64,000 bases of DNA from Tubulanus polymorphus (lineage: Eukaryota > Animalia > Nemertea). Both the position numbers and the translations under genes were made by a program. The notes below the pieces were generated by a model. It was not told the origin of the DNA. It saw only the letters and a program-made list of their open reading frames with translations, and made no database searches. Each line of letters starts with the position of its first letter. Positions within the stretch are counted from its first letter, which is position 1. The stretch lies in assembly GCF_964204645.1 (NCBI RefSeq), contig NC_134029.1, forward strand, positions 4,526,001-4,590,000, written 5' to 3'. Of the stretch, positions 24,721-38,915 are shown piece by piece.

Positions 24721-24852
24721 CGTCCAGGCGCACAGTCGTGACTGAAGTCAAAAATGGCTCTTAAATCTCAAGACCGGCTTTATTGGATGGGCTTTAGAAC
24801 TATGTTAGCCTAGACTGGTCTTGAATCTAAGCCATGCCTTAACAACTGGCCT
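24721..24852 (+). mobile_element. MITE family A copy (diverged)
   Basis: cacagtcgtgact.aagtc.aaaa.tgg.tcttaaat.t.aagac...tagactggtcttgaatctaagccatg...caactggcc, followed by CTG. Confidence 0.65.
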
Positions 24853-25186
24853 CTGGATTACAAACTGACATGTTGCTACAGTTGAATATTAGATTAAAAA
24901 CATTTGCCAATAAAAATGGTTGCTCGTGGTGCTGTGCGGTAGATTCTGAAATACTAACCGCAGGAAATGGAGCATCGTCGGATTTCCGAGGACTCTGCAG
25001 TGTTGTCAAGTGCTTCGGCATGCTGTCACAAACACTTGTTGAACGAAAGGCCACACGAAAACTCAGCAAAACGTCTTAAAATCAAAAATAAATACCGAAC
25101 AAATTCTTCATATTCATCAGCACTGACAGATATATTACTTTGACCGAAAATGACAGCTTGTCACCGTTGTCACCGTTGTCACAAGT

Positions 25187-25207
25187 GTCTCTGTGGCGCA
25201 ATCGGTC

Positions 25208-25253
<46 letters not shown>

Positions 25254-25260
25254 AGGGACG
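25187..25260 (+). tRNA. tRNA-Asn-GTT: tRNA-Asn (anticodon GTT)
   Basis: GTCTCTGTGGCGCAATCGGTCAGCGCGTTCGGCTGTTAACCGAAAGGTTGGTGGTTCAAGCCCACCCAGGGACG. Canonical metazoan tRNA-Asn with A and B boxes, followed by a T5 terminator. Confidence 0.97.
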
Positions 25261-26159
25261 AATTTTTATATCGACGTGCGTCACACCGGGGCGAAGAATC
25301 TCATCAGTGAGATAATTCAGTTTTCCTATGTTACAAAAAAATATTCCAGAAGTGATTCCGCGGGTTTGTTCTACACAGTACGTAATCCCCTGAGCCTATG
25401 CCCGTTCCGATTGCTTGCGTATGCCTGCATTAATTTTGAATATAGATAAGCTGAGTGTGTCGTATCTGTTCATTCATCTTGCCGAAAGAAGTAATTACGT
25501 CTTAAACAAGCCATTCCCATAAGAGTGAAGCTAACTTTTAACCGGATTAAGAATGTTGCGAATCGTGTCTCGGTTGTTTCGCAAAGACGTTCCCGCGATC
25601 ACTCTGACGGGACTGGAAAAAATGTCGTACGGTGTTCTGTCCATAGACGTTCAAATGTATTTGTCTTCTTTCTTTTTGCAATGGCGCATGATATATTCCT
25701 CTAGTTACGCTTCTATCATCCCAGATGTCTTCATTATAACATCCGATAATCTGTATTTTCATTTATAAAGAGGTAGAAAAAACCCGACTTCGGAACTCGG
25801 AAACTCACGAACTCGAGATGACGTCTCAGGGCTTCCATAGTGTGACGTCAACTTGAGCGAATAGCTCTTTGTGAGGGATCGATGATGATCGAAGATTAAT
25901 AGAGCCTGTATCTACCCAAGAAACTTCTGCGTGCGACATTGACCAATTCTAGGGTTCCTTCATATAAAAAGGCAATTTCTAGCTGTCCGATCCATCACAA
26001 TGCTACGTCATCATTTCCTGGTTCTCAGTTTTGCTATAGAGTAGGAATCCAATAGATCGACCATTATGTTAGAAAAACCAGTCATTTACCAGTATTTTTA
26101 AAGAAATAATCGTACCGGTACAGCAGTATGAAGTACGTAGATGGTGCATACGTATAATC

Positions 26160-26400
26160 ACTGAAATACACATGTATGTATCTTAATAATATGTATATGG
26201 TAAAGATGTATATCGATATATAGATATAATAGATAATATGTATATGTTTGAAACGTATACGTATATGTCGTGGACAAGATATGTATATATCTTGAATTCA
26301 TTTGAATATGCTTTAAACTGATACGTATACGTCATCAAAAAAATATGTTTATGTATAAGAATGCCATATAATCGTGTCTCGAATTTCATTCCATATTTCA
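26160..26400. repeat. AT-rich low-complexity tract (TA/TATG-rich)
   Basis: Runs such as atgtatgtat, gtatatcgatatatagatataat and gtatacgtatatg. Confidence 0.5.
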
Positions 26401-27840
26401 CATTCATCATTCCCTGAATTTTTAGATATTTTCGATATTTGGAATAATGTTTTCGTTGTTTTATTGTGGGTTTGAGACTCTATTCAAATGATTCGGATGA
26501 TTGTATTTTTGTATGTTTTGTAACAACGATAAGGGAATAAAGTAATAGAATAATAACACAGCACCGTGTAACAAACTGACGTGTTAATAGATTTTGAAAT
26601 GAATCGTGCACCACGTTCTGCATCTCTATTTAGTTTCATCGTTTTCAATCACATGTTGTCGAGAATCATTGCTGTAAAATCGCCATAAAAACTACGGCTA
26701 TTCATACAGTTACAATTGACGAGTATTTGATCCTGCAAACGAGCCATTATCATCGACAGTCAGTTCTTTGTAAATCACGAGATAGATAAGGGTGATTGAG
26801 GCCAGATAATCTACACGATTACCTCGTTAAGATGTCCTTGCAGCAGAAGATTTACAATCGAGGGATAAACACTATTGATTTTTCATCCGAAGTCACTCGT
26901 TTCGATGCTGCCTAATCGTTGACAACACTTTTACAAATGACTGGAACCGTTTCCGCTTCATGTCACTGAACAATCCTCCCTATAATGTAGATCTCGGGAA
27001 ATTACATTAAAACACGTCAAAAGATATTTTTCGAAAATGATAACTTTCCATACGTTCATAAAGATAATAACATGGTTCATGGCCACTCGAAAAGTTAGAT
27101 ATATTAGAAATTGGCGCGTAACTACGAATAAAGACTGAACTTTAGATAGTTCTCAAACTATTTTTGAACAATGCGTTTGGGATACTTGAAGATCAGATAT
27201 GCTGGGAATTCGTAGATATATCTTCAAAAAAGTTTAGTTGAAAGAACGCAATAAATCTCGAGTGTTATCTGCGGAATAAAATGCCTTTGAAATATTCCAA
27301 AAACATCGACGAAAGCAAATATCTTTAACCACCACCAAATCATTAAAAGTATGTTGGAAGTATTTCAGAAATGTAAGTTCACAGATTACGTTTCGTTGTT
27401 GAAGGAATTACATATTGTCGATGAACAGTACTTCAATAAGGCTGATTTAATATTACTACTGGACCGAATACTCAACATTCCCTGAAAGAACTCCGATGAT
27501 TACAACTATGACTGACAGATAATCAAGACAGGCAGCTTTCCATAATACGTAGAATTATGTACGGGATTTGAATACGGCGATATTTTCGCATCCTCCGCGA
27601 TCGAGAACATTTTCCAAACGATGCATGGACTCGTATATCAAACGTCATCGGTGGGTACTTCCTTCTTATTGCTACATTAATTGCTACAGCTACAAGTTCC
27701 GGAAGTTGTACACCGGAAGCTACCGGCTATATTCAAATATCCCGAGCTGGAAGGAATTTTCTCCAAATGGCAATTGTACTTATCTCTGATGCAAGGTTTT
27801 AGAGATTAACAATTAGAAGAGCTTATAAATCTTTTGGCAG

Positions 27841-27979
27841 GGGCCGGTTGCGCAGTCATGGCTGATTAAGATCAGTCTAAGACCAATCAACTTCTACAAC
27901 AACAATCTAACATCTGAAGATAAATCTTAAGAATGAGGACCACTTTTTAAGAATTAGTCACGACTGTGCAACTGGTATC
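27841..27979 (-). mobile_element. MITE family A copy, reverse orientation
   Basis: gggccggttgcgcagtcatggct...agtctaagaccaa...tctaaca...tcttaa...gaccactttt...agtcacgactgtgcaactgg is the reverse complement of the family. Preceded by CAG. Confidence 0.7.
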
Positions 27980-30900
27980 CGGTTGTTATTCGGTTTTATT
28001 AAAACCTAGGCGATGGCTGGCAATCCGATGTAGGTCGTAAGTCTTTACGACATCAAGAGTCATTGTTCGGGTTTTGCTGAATTTATTCCAGAGTTTCAGA
28101 TGATACTGTTCCATTGCTATAGTAACGAAGAGGCATAGACTATGGACTTCGATTTCAATTACTTCTAAACAATAAACAAAAAGTGCTTTTCTATTCAACC
28201 ACACGCCAACACACGCATACATTCAATAGATGTTGGGGTGGATGACGTTAGACAAACTCTTCTCGCACAAATCTATTTTTCGCATAGCACAATACGCGTA
28301 TGGAGCGATAATTAAAAATACACAGAATTATTCTGAGTCCATGAGATTATTCCTGGAACGAACATCTACCGATATAACGTGTACGCTTACGCCAACATCA
28401 ATTAAAGCTCTCACGTTCCGTAAGCGTATTGTTTGTGACGTCATTAAGTGGTTCCGCGTAGTTCGTTCGGGGAAGTTTTCAATTAATGAGTAAAGCGAAA
28501 TCCGCACGACGCGAAATGACGACCGTTATTTCGGAGTGTATCATCATCGCGTGTTCAACGGTGAATACAGAATGATTTCCTGCCATTTTCAAAACGATAA
28601 GTATTCAGAGATACTACATCAATTGAATGTACTTTTTAAAATCGTTCAAGCCACACGCAATATTGTCAGTCATGGCATCATCGGCGGATAATGCACGCGT
28701 ACGCGGTATATTATAATGAAAGATAAAAATTTCGTAGCTGTACGAACTGCGGCAACAAGCCGGGGTTTGAGATAAACAATAGTGATTGCTGATTCCGGGG
28801 GAAGCTTAAAATAAATCAGTCGTAAATGAATGACTATAAACATCGGCCATCAGTTTGTGCCTTGAATAGGAAAACATCTCCGTCGGCATCGGGTGTTCTA
28901 ATGATAGTCGTCGATATTGCGTCATCAACGATCGACAGACAAACAAAATAATCTATATAAAACTGTAGATAACATTCAAACGTATTCTGTGAAACCAGAG
29001 AAGCTCAACATCAATATACAGGCGTCGATGAACCCCCGATAAAGAGCAATGCCCGTAAAAGTTTTTAAATATTTGCTGAAACTAAACCCCGGGAAACTAA
29101 AGAGAAGAGCGTGATGAGCATGGAGCCTCAAGAGAGTTGTTGAAATTGATACTTGACAAGGAGAAGACAAAGTCGATGTTCGATGAAGACCCGAATATTT
29201 CAGTTGTACTGATGATGTCTGACCCTCAATGTATTGGTCAGATATCGTTATTTTCCCGAAGAAGAAGATTATGCAAAAACGTTCTGAAGTTGAAAGGCTT
29301 GCATATTAAGAAAATATGCTTGCTATATATGTCGTCACCCTTGCCGACATCAAACGGCTTTACAGTGGGTATCCTAGGAACATACGTATGTTCGAATACA
29401 TCTAAAAGCTAGCCGATGGGGGCGGGAAAAATGCCGTATATAATGTACATACTCGTTCAGTTGGATTCCGGGTAATAACCGCAACAGCGGGGAATATTGT
29501 ATTCATCAAAGAAGCAAATCAACTTCATAAGTTAGTTTCCCTCTCTGTAGCTTCTATTCTGAAAACAATCGCTTCATATTTAGAAAAACTATTTCTGTAA
29601 TATTGTTCGCAGCGCCTGATCGGGGGTAGCGCGCTACCGCGGTTGTCATTATATCGATAGACAATACCCCCTGGCAAGAGGAAGCTAGCGGCGCAAGTAA
29701 TTATTATTTTCACTGAGCTATTAAAATCTTTATAGAATTTTTCTCGCAAGTTTATGAGTTTTCCTAACGTGTTATTGCCGTACTCTGATCTCGTGTGATT
29801 AATTCGCTTTCCCCGATGCCACCGTATACCACATATGTAGTTATCAGTTGCACCTGACACCTCGACTTTACGACAATATACATCATTTTCGCATCGTGTT
29901 CGTTTCGATGTTCTTATGAATAATTTAGATCTAATGTGATTTATTAAGTGCAAAAGGTAGATATTTGTGGCGAAAATCATAATGGTTTTTTCGAAGGTTT
30001 TGATGCATTTTTCAAGAAGTGGGATTCACTACCAAACCACACAGGTCTAGCTACGAATTTTGCTATATTTTTTCTACGTCATATTCTCGTCAAAAATACG
30101 GCGATAAGACAGAACCGGAGACGTTAGAAAAAGCTGGAAGTGTATTACTGGCTTGCCGATTTCATTTTTAAGAAATCGCCGCAATTGACTACCGCAACCA
30201 ATCTCGGGATGCACCGGGGAGCTTAAAAAAACGGTAATTCAGTAGCTGAATGCCGTAAACATCTGCTGGCTCGATCGATCCTGAAAAAATTGTAATGATA
30301 CCAGGTTGCGCTAGAAAACAATCAGCAGAATAATTTACTCCATTCCCTCATCAATGGATGGATATCGAATCTTTATAGCGTGGTATTATTTCCGAAACAC
30401 CCTGGCCATATTTCAAAGACCATTATTATCCTTAACCCGGGGTCCACTCAAATCGACTAATACTTTCATTCACCTATGGCTTATAGCCGTGGACTCTAAA
30501 AACGAATATTTGCAAATTAGGCACGTTCTATTTCTGTATTTACTGATTTATCTAGCAAATGAAGACCAATAAACGGCAGATTGGTGTTTAGAGAAGTGAC
30601 CACGCAAAAACTCCGGGAAATGGTGAGTGCAGACCATGGACTCTAAAAAACGACCGAGTTCAGTGTAGCTACGATCAATTTTTCGTCGACTGCTGGCCTT
30701 TTAATCATACGTCGCGTTTCACGTCCCCTAGTTTTAGAATCCATGGTTAAAGTTAACGCAGGCCGATCTCGGTTTGTTTTTTTGTAATCAGTAAAGGCCA
30801 GTCCACTTACACGTAACTCAAATTATGCCTTTCGTTCTACGCGTAATTCCTCTCGGAAGCAAAGCTGATATCATTTTCTGTTCTAATGTGTTAATATATA

Positions 30901-33861
30901 TATCACCATTGTCCCTCGTGTTATCAACATCGAATTCATCTCTATTTCGCGAAAGCAGAATTGGCGATGACTGCAGTTAATTCACAAAGTATGAAAATAA
31001 TGATGACAAATGAAGTTATGATTTCGAAAGGATGAACACGAACGAACATTACCATTTCATCTGAGCAATATGTTACTTTCGAGGGACTTAAGTGTCTATT
31101 CATGCATGTATGCTAGCATTATCAGCAAAATCTATTCTGGATGTCAGGCTGATTTTGTTCTAAACACGAATTTCTTCGTTTTCATTATATTTTTGCCTGT
31201 TATCGCTATCAATAACACCTATTTCACGGATGATAAAAAGATTGTCGAAATGGATCTAGACACGGAATTAGCCATATTCTGTTAGAGTAAATTACCATAA
31301 GATCGCGGCAAATTCGAATTAACTCGACATGACATAAATCCCGGTTATCAATCTGGCTTTAGTTGAGTTTCTTATTATATCCTAATTATATCAATGACGT
31401 ACGATAAGACAGTATAGCGCATTGAAAATGCGGCCAGGTATTATGATCATGGAGTAAATGTCATCCCACCCGGATGGCTGTAAGTCAACAGCCGAATCGT
31501 GCTGGTTACAATTTCTGGGATTATTTCTTACGTATCTTTAGTGTGTTGTTTTCTTCGTTATCAGTTAACACGGTTCGGCATTTCTATGTATGGTATTTGG
31601 AACCATCACGACCGACCGAACATAACGTTAACAAATATTAACAAGTATGTATTTTGACACTCGACGTTTCACTAGTGGTTCGTAATTTCCTCCTACTCGA
31701 CTTCTCTCCACCTTCGAGAGCTTGATAAGTAAATGAAAATCGGACGAAGAAAAGAGCGCTGGTCGATGGGTAATTGTACCCGGAAGTGCACAGTACGTGT
31801 GGGTGACTATTTATCAGCATTTAGTATTCCGATGCTGACCACCGCGCCGAGTCGTGTATGCATTAACATGGCTGTTAGTATTCACCTGTGATCTACTATG
31901 ATTGCTCTGCCAACTACCAATATCCGAATAACAAAATAAAAAACGTTGATAGGCGTAGTAACGATTGCATAAATCTGCTCAGCTCGACTAGTCTATCGGA
32001 ACTCTCGGAAAATGGCCATTTCTAAATCGGGCTATAAACATAATACAGACGGAATGAATAAATCTTATTCATTGACTTTTCGTTACAGAACGTGCAACTT
32101 GAAAAAAAAATAATACGCGCAGAACCCAAAAACAACATTGAGGTAACATTCATTTCATGCACTGAAGAGGAAGTATTCACTTGTAGGTAAATACAAAATT
32201 AGGTGCTAATTGTCGGCTAGAATGCCACGCGGATAACGGGTACGTTATCGTTCGCAAACTAACATAAGTATAATGGTTCGAAATGTGGCATCACACTATC
32301 ATTTCAGTCAAAAGGTCTAATAGCTAACTAATGATAAAACTAATAGCTAGTGATTGTCATGATTGTCAGATGGATTCGTTATAGGGGACTTTAATGTCAC
32401 GATATCAGATATGAATTAGGTCCGTAGCACGACGTTCAGTCACGAATCGAATTAAAATGTGATAAAATCCCATACAGATTCAATCAAAATTTAAACAGTT
32501 CATGAATTCACCAGCATTTAGATGAAATGCGCATGATAGATTTATTTTCCGAAACTACGTCATGATTCACCCCATCACTGATCGTTTCAGAAGGTTTTTC
32601 GACATCGTAAATGTATATAGACCTGACTGGAAGGAATCACATTCATATGGACTTCGCGCCTGATCGCCGTGTATTCCGAATGCGACTTATAAAGATACCA
32701 TACTTCCTCGTAAGCTTCCTCGTTAGCTATTTCTAACTGCCATTTTGAAGATGGATAAGCATCACGTTCAGATACTATTCTAATGGGCCTCTGACGGTCA
32801 TTAGGCTCATCCTATAGTTGAGCATCATTAGGTTTTATCATTAAAAAACCTATCGAAGGTTACAGTAAGAGCTACCCCATCCCCTCGTCCTATTCTATTT
32901 TGCTCATCTTCTTGTTCGAAAATCTAATTTGCGAATATGATCCAGGTTCGATACGTCGTTGGCTTGCCATTTAAATCTATTTTCAAAATCTCATTTGTTC
33001 TCAACGCAGAACGATTCCAAGTAATCTATGAACTGGTTGATCAAAGAAAAAACCCCGGAAGATCAATGCAGTTCCGTCGCTAATATGGTATAAGATCACT
33101 TAATAGATAATCGAAGTTTGAATGGATCGCAAATTGTAAAACTTAGAAAATATCGGAAAAATTCTCACTGATCGATAGCATTATTAGGCAAATATTATGC
33201 ACTACGAAGTGAAGTAACGTCTTCAGATGCGCAACGAATGATAACTCAATTCAGATTTCCTCTCCATTCCCCAAACAAAAAAGCATTTGTTGTATCTCAT
33301 TCTGTAATCAGATTGATCCATTTGGATTTGGATTTTTTTGCGATCAAAGCGAACTTGATTACACAACATTCTGGAAGTGCTGCTCCGTAGTTTGCGGGGC
33401 AAACCTCTACTCCGGTAAGCGAGGCAAATTCGGCAAATAATCAGGATTCTTATCTTGTATAGAAAGGATGCTAATGACCCGATAGATTAACAGTTAACAA
33501 GACCTGATTGTTAAATTCACATCGTTTCCACGAGCTCACTAGAGACAAGGTTACCGTGCACGATAATTAATGAACGTCAGGAAAATATTCCAAATGCGGA
33601 AAAAGTCATTAACGACTTTACCTATTTCAGAACCGTATCTTGTAACACTCCGGGGACACGAAACTAATCTAAATTCCTTTGAATCAATGCTGGAACATAC
33701 CAACTCAATTATCTAGGAAATAGGAATACCATTCATTGTTCGGTTGACTGCACACGGTCACTGGACGACTTTGAAACTTTGCTTGACTAACTTAAGACCA
33801 TCGATGCAACGATATTACCCTATAAGAACTAGAATTTTCATTAATTAATTATATGTGGCTT

Positions 33862-34256
33862 GTCAATGGAACTGACTGGACGAGTGACCGGTCAATGGAA
33901 TTTACTGGACGAGTGCCCGGTCAATGGAACTGACTGGACGAGTGACCGGTCAATGGAATTTACTGGACGAGTGGTCGGTCAACGGAGCTGAATAGACGAG
34001 TTGCCGGTCAATGGAACTGACTGGACGAGTGGCCGGTCAACGGAACTGAACAGACGAGTGGCCGGTAAACGGAACTGAATAGACGAGTGGCCGGTCAACG
34101 GAACTGAATAGACGAGTGGCCGGTCAACGGAACTGAATAGACGAGAGGCCGGTCAACGGAACTGAATAGACGAGAGGCCGGGCAATGGAACAGAATAGAC
34201 GAGTGGCCGGTCAACGGAACCGAATAGACGAGAGGCCGGTCAATGGAACAGAATAG
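33862..34256. repeat. 29-bp minisatellite, ~13.6 tandem copies
   Basis: Unit GTCAA(T/C)GGAACTGA(CTG/ATA)GACGAG(T/A)GGCCG, head-to-tail with no spacers. Confidence 0.95.
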
Positions 34257-35937
34257 CTACTGCCACTTACTTAAATGAGGTTTTTTTCATCATCTGCTAA
34301 AAGATAAGATAACGCCTGCACGTTGTATACGGTCGAACGGGTATCACAAGTTCCATCACAGAATACATCGCTTTTCGAGATAAAAGCCCTCGTTTTTCAT
34401 TATTCACGGAACATATCTTGTATGGGAAGCATGTATAATCCCGTATGAAAAAAATCTATTAAACATTAAACAAATGCCTTTGTTGGAACATTATTTAATC
34501 AGTATGATGGTTGTTTAGTGGAAACCGCATACTTCTTGTGTGTCCAGCTTGAGCAGCCGAGAATCTATCTATAATAGCCTGTATGCCCGTTTCAACCGAG
34601 CTTTTTCGAGCGTTTGCTCGTCGGCCCTTATTCTCCTTTGAACTGCTTAGAATTTCGCATCACGACTCATATCGATCACAAAGATCTATCAATATAAGCT
34701 GCAAACATGATTTCATCAATAACCCAACCTCCCCTCGGTTGGTTTTGTATTTCGTGTTTGTCAACGTCATCCACACATATATGCACTTAATCCGGAGAGC
34801 AACTATTTTAGAAACTGAGTTATATCAACACCGAAGGCGCAACTGATGCAGAAATTCGTGATAAAAAATCAATGAAAATAATCGCTAATATTGGCACATT
34901 TCGTGCAGTGGGCGACAAGTCAGGCATGAGGAGCGAATCAATTTTGTTAAGATAAGTAAAACGACGAACAAACTTAGCAGAACCAATTGGAATTGAGTCA
35001 AATATATGAACAAATAAAACTTACAATATCGGAGACTTTAGACTGTTTCAAATGACATCGTCCTCGAGGTTTGCGCGGTTATAAAGAGATCCTGTGTTTA
35101 AACGCGACATATATTATGATCACTGTGCATCTCGCGGCAGCCTGGAAATCAGTGCGAGTCGCAATCAGCTGTTAATGCCGCCTCAATACAACATCCATTA
35201 GGGTACAGAATGTAATACAGTTCCAGAATAGCCTTCCAGAATATGAGATTATGACCGCCCTTCTCAAAAATATTATATACTGAAATTTAGACTTTTATAA
35301 GACATTTCAGGCACTTGATCGGGTTTATTAGCATTTTAGACACCGTGGAATATCCCTTACAAGATTGATTTGCTCCACAAAACTTTCGGAAGATTCCCAA
35401 TGATTTTATTTTTTTGCCAGATTTTTGAAATGCCGTTGGGGTTTTCGGTTTTTTTTGCGGCTTCAGGTCATGGCAATGTAGCGCAATTGGAGATGTTAAG
35501 TTTTCCGTTCGAATGATACTTAAACGAAGATGAAATGGTTCATATGGCACTGCTTTCCCTTGAAAAAAAGACAGCCGCAAGCGGTTTCGTCGCGAACGTT
35601 TCGAGGGAACGGATTTCGTGAACATCAAAGATAAAAATACACTTGCAGCGAAAGTTTGCTCATCATTCTCTAATATTAATATCGCTTTTTAATTCGATAT
35701 CGATGCGAAATTTTATCAAAGGAAATGCCGTCTGGCATACACCGTAGCGACATCTAGTGTCAAACAATACAATGAAATGGAAAACGTCAAGCTTTATGGT
35801 GAATTTCGAGTCAATATTTTCATCTATCGGTTTAGCGGAGGGAGCATTTTCTCAAATCGATATCGAAGTAAAACAATATTCAGTTCAATCTGGTTTCACC
35901 ATGAAGTCATATCTAAGCCAAAAAATGTAGACGCAAG

Positions 35938-36062
35938 GGTCAGTTAGTTGCTCAAAAGTTGATCAAAGATAATTGGCGAATAAATACCATCGCAACAATG
36001 AACTCTTAATTTTCACTACGTCAACTATCCGCTGGTTCCCACCCACTTTTGAACAACTGGCC
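35938..36062. mobile_element. Degenerate MITE with GGCCAGTTGTTCAAAAGT-type terminal inverted repeats
   Basis: Left end agttgctcaaaagt and right end acttttgaacaactggcc are inverted copies. The termini resemble family A but the interior differs. Confidence 0.5.
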
Positions 36063-38773
36063 TCATAATTTTCAATATGTCTAAGAACTCGTTGAATGGA
36101 GAGGGAGCCATCTTAGCGAGAAAAGAACTAAAGAACGAAATCGTATAAACCTTGCACAGACATTCATTTACAGCATTTAGGACCATATCAAAAATCCGGT
36201 ATTTGCGCTCAATATTCGTAGCATGAACTCACAGAGGACTATCAATAATATTGATCGGTAAACATTACCTCCCCCTTCGGGTATTTAAGTCAAACAGCTT
36301 TCCGCAATGATTTATCATTTACATATCAATTTCGAAATTGCCCGACCTTAGAACGCTATTTCTTGAACGATGCAGATTTTAGAAAGTTCGCTCGAATAAC
36401 GAAGAAGGATATCTCATTTTTCAAATAAAACATTAAAAACCAAGACACGCAACAACAATTCCATTAGCGCCGACTCGTGCACGGTGCGCACACGCGTCCC
36501 CGGGCGGAGCCTGCAAAGTGTATTGGAAAAATATCAGTATTCTCAGAAATGGAAGCGGAGGCGGCTGATTCTACCGGGTACTAAAAGTTTGTACCGTGGG
36601 GAAATTTACTTCTTTACCTCGATGAAGATATGTTAACAACGATACGATTCAATTTCAATTTAACGAAGTGTGTTTTGTATTTTAGATGATGTGGAAATCG
36701 CCATTTTGATTTTTCTATTAAGTCTTCTTAGCGCGGTTGTGTGTTACTGTCAAGTGGCACTTTTTTTATTGCTCTATTCGCGTTGTTTGCGGTTTGCCAT
36801 GTCTAACATGAGACAATTCAACGTTCTGTCAACACTTCCAGCTACCTTTCGCGTCACACGTGTATGTGATCGGAATTCTAGATGGGTGCGTACGCTTGTC
36901 TTTTTTCCCGATCTTCATGCGCGCGTCTAGAAATTGGATAAGATCACGATAGCCCCAACGTTTACCGACACTTAGGGCTCTGAATGAGCTGAAAATTTGT
37001 TGAAGGTTAATGGGGGACCGCAACACCATTCCGCCATATAGTCTTACATTTGTCGAAATTAGTTCATTATCAACTTATCAACTTTGAACTGATTTTCACG
37101 CAACTGAATCCATACGACTTCATCACAGGATCCACCGAACATGAAATCATTTAGCACCTCAACAATAAGTATAATTTTCATTGAGAGAAAAATTAATTCG
37201 ATTCTAATTGAAATGTTGATGCGGAAGACCAGCGAACCGGGTGAGGGTCTCTGCTTGTCACTTGAAATACGCGTTTGCCACAGAAATGTTGCGGTTAAGT
37301 TCCGCTCTATTCTGACTGCCACGAAATGTACCTCGCAATAGAAACGTGTGAGTATTTTCCTCCACCTTATTGCTTACAATGACCTTTGATTTTAATAGGT
37401 CATACGTGAATCTCCTGCGGCGCCCTTGACCTATAGTTACGTCATCAACGCGCACCTGCCGCCGCGACACAGGAATGTTTAATGTATAAATTACGTTTTG
37501 CTCGTTTTCAGCGATGTTCGTTCATCAAAGACGACTCGATGATGTCGCGAAGAGACAGGTGTGTTCGTTAGTTCACCACGCTTAGATGATCAAAAGAATA
37601 TTTGTCGATAGTTCATCTTTATCCTACAGCGGTTTTAGCATCACTAGAGCGACTAGATGACGGAAGCAACCTGGGTTTTTTTCTGATAGGTAATTAACCT
37701 TGATCGCAAATGTTACCGCTGTTGTGTTTTGTGAAGACTTTGCATTTGTATTATGTAGTCTATAGAACGATCTAATGTTGGTCCGGGTTTACGCCTCCAT
37801 AATTCTTATCTAACAGGTTTGGTCAATGACCAGCACCAGTAAGTTCACACCGTTGCCGCATTAGAGTTATACTTAAGTTGAGTCTACATTCGTCGTTTTG
37901 TGTCGTTTGTCGTTATAATTAGTATATTTCGACCATGGCTGGAGGAGGCGCCGTAACAACAGAATAGAACTGGAACTCGTCTCAATTGGCGTGCCACGCT
38001 AGTAATTTATTTTCAGAAAGATAAGATGTTTATCGGATGACGCGAACAAGACTTTCGCGTCGCCTTCGTTATTGAATGAATTAAAAGTTAGGTCGTAAAC
38101 GACTGTTATCGTAAAGATCGACTGTGGAGATTCGTAACCCACGCACGTTGACCAAACAGCGAACTATTCTCTCAAATAAAACCAATGCCGAATGTAAGCG
38201 GTTGATAGCATCAGAATACTGAACACGTGGACGAGCAATTTCCGATTGAATGTTCGGCTATTTCCGCCGCTAGCGTCAGATTATCCGATCGATATTCCAC
38301 CTTTCCTGTCATCAACACACGTGTCATATCGACGTTACGCGGTCAAGCTATTTCCTTTTTCGGTACGGACCGCTTGTCCGTCGCGCGAATGTACGATTAA
38401 ACACGCCCGTCGATAACGGAATTATCATCGTATGAACTTTATTCACGAGACGTGTTCGAAAACGTTCGCCGGAAATTGGATTGATTGACACTATGTAATG
38501 ATACCTTTTACCCATCATTTTTACTCTTTAACTCTGCGATACGAAATTCGCCTTTTTATAAACCCTAATATAAACGATTGCAGCTCGTCAGTCCACCGTG
38601 TGACATCATTCGATCGAAAAGACTCTCGCAGAAAATATTGCTGAAAATATCTAATCGCTAGGAAAGGCATATACGGGGATAATGTCATATCGGGATTTAG
38701 TAGCAGCCATCTTTTCTGTAATTATTCATATTGTAGCATCACTTTCCTTTGAATCGTTCCAATAATCTCCCAT

Positions 38774-38915
38774 TTGTAGCGGTAACCAGGGTTGACTTCG
38801 GTTATCGAAGTCGAACAAACTAAAACCGAACGTAATTTAGTCGGAAGGTCCGGAAATGGCCGACCACGGGAATGAGCATGGCCGCTGTATTTTGGACCTA
38901 GGTTCAAGATGGCCG
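38774..38915 (+). repeat. Dispersed repeat family C copy (inverted homolog at 51108-51223)
   Basis: Colinear blocks gttgact, cgaac, aaccgaa.gt, gtcggaa, accta and caagatggcc match the reverse complement of 51108-51223. Confidence 0.45.

Noticed and set aside
29525-29980. 151-aa ORF, the longest unexplained one
   Set aside because: No recognisable motif or supporting splice structure, and composition is typical of random AT-rich sequence.
33862-34256. CRISPR-like array (29-bp repeats)
   Set aside because: The repeats are contiguous with no unique spacers, there are no cas genes, and the context is eukaryotic. It is a minisatellite.
36670-36930. Hydrophobic 86-aa ORF after a possible acceptor
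   Set aside because: The hydrophobicity is explained by T-rich DNA. No partner exons or family motifs were found.
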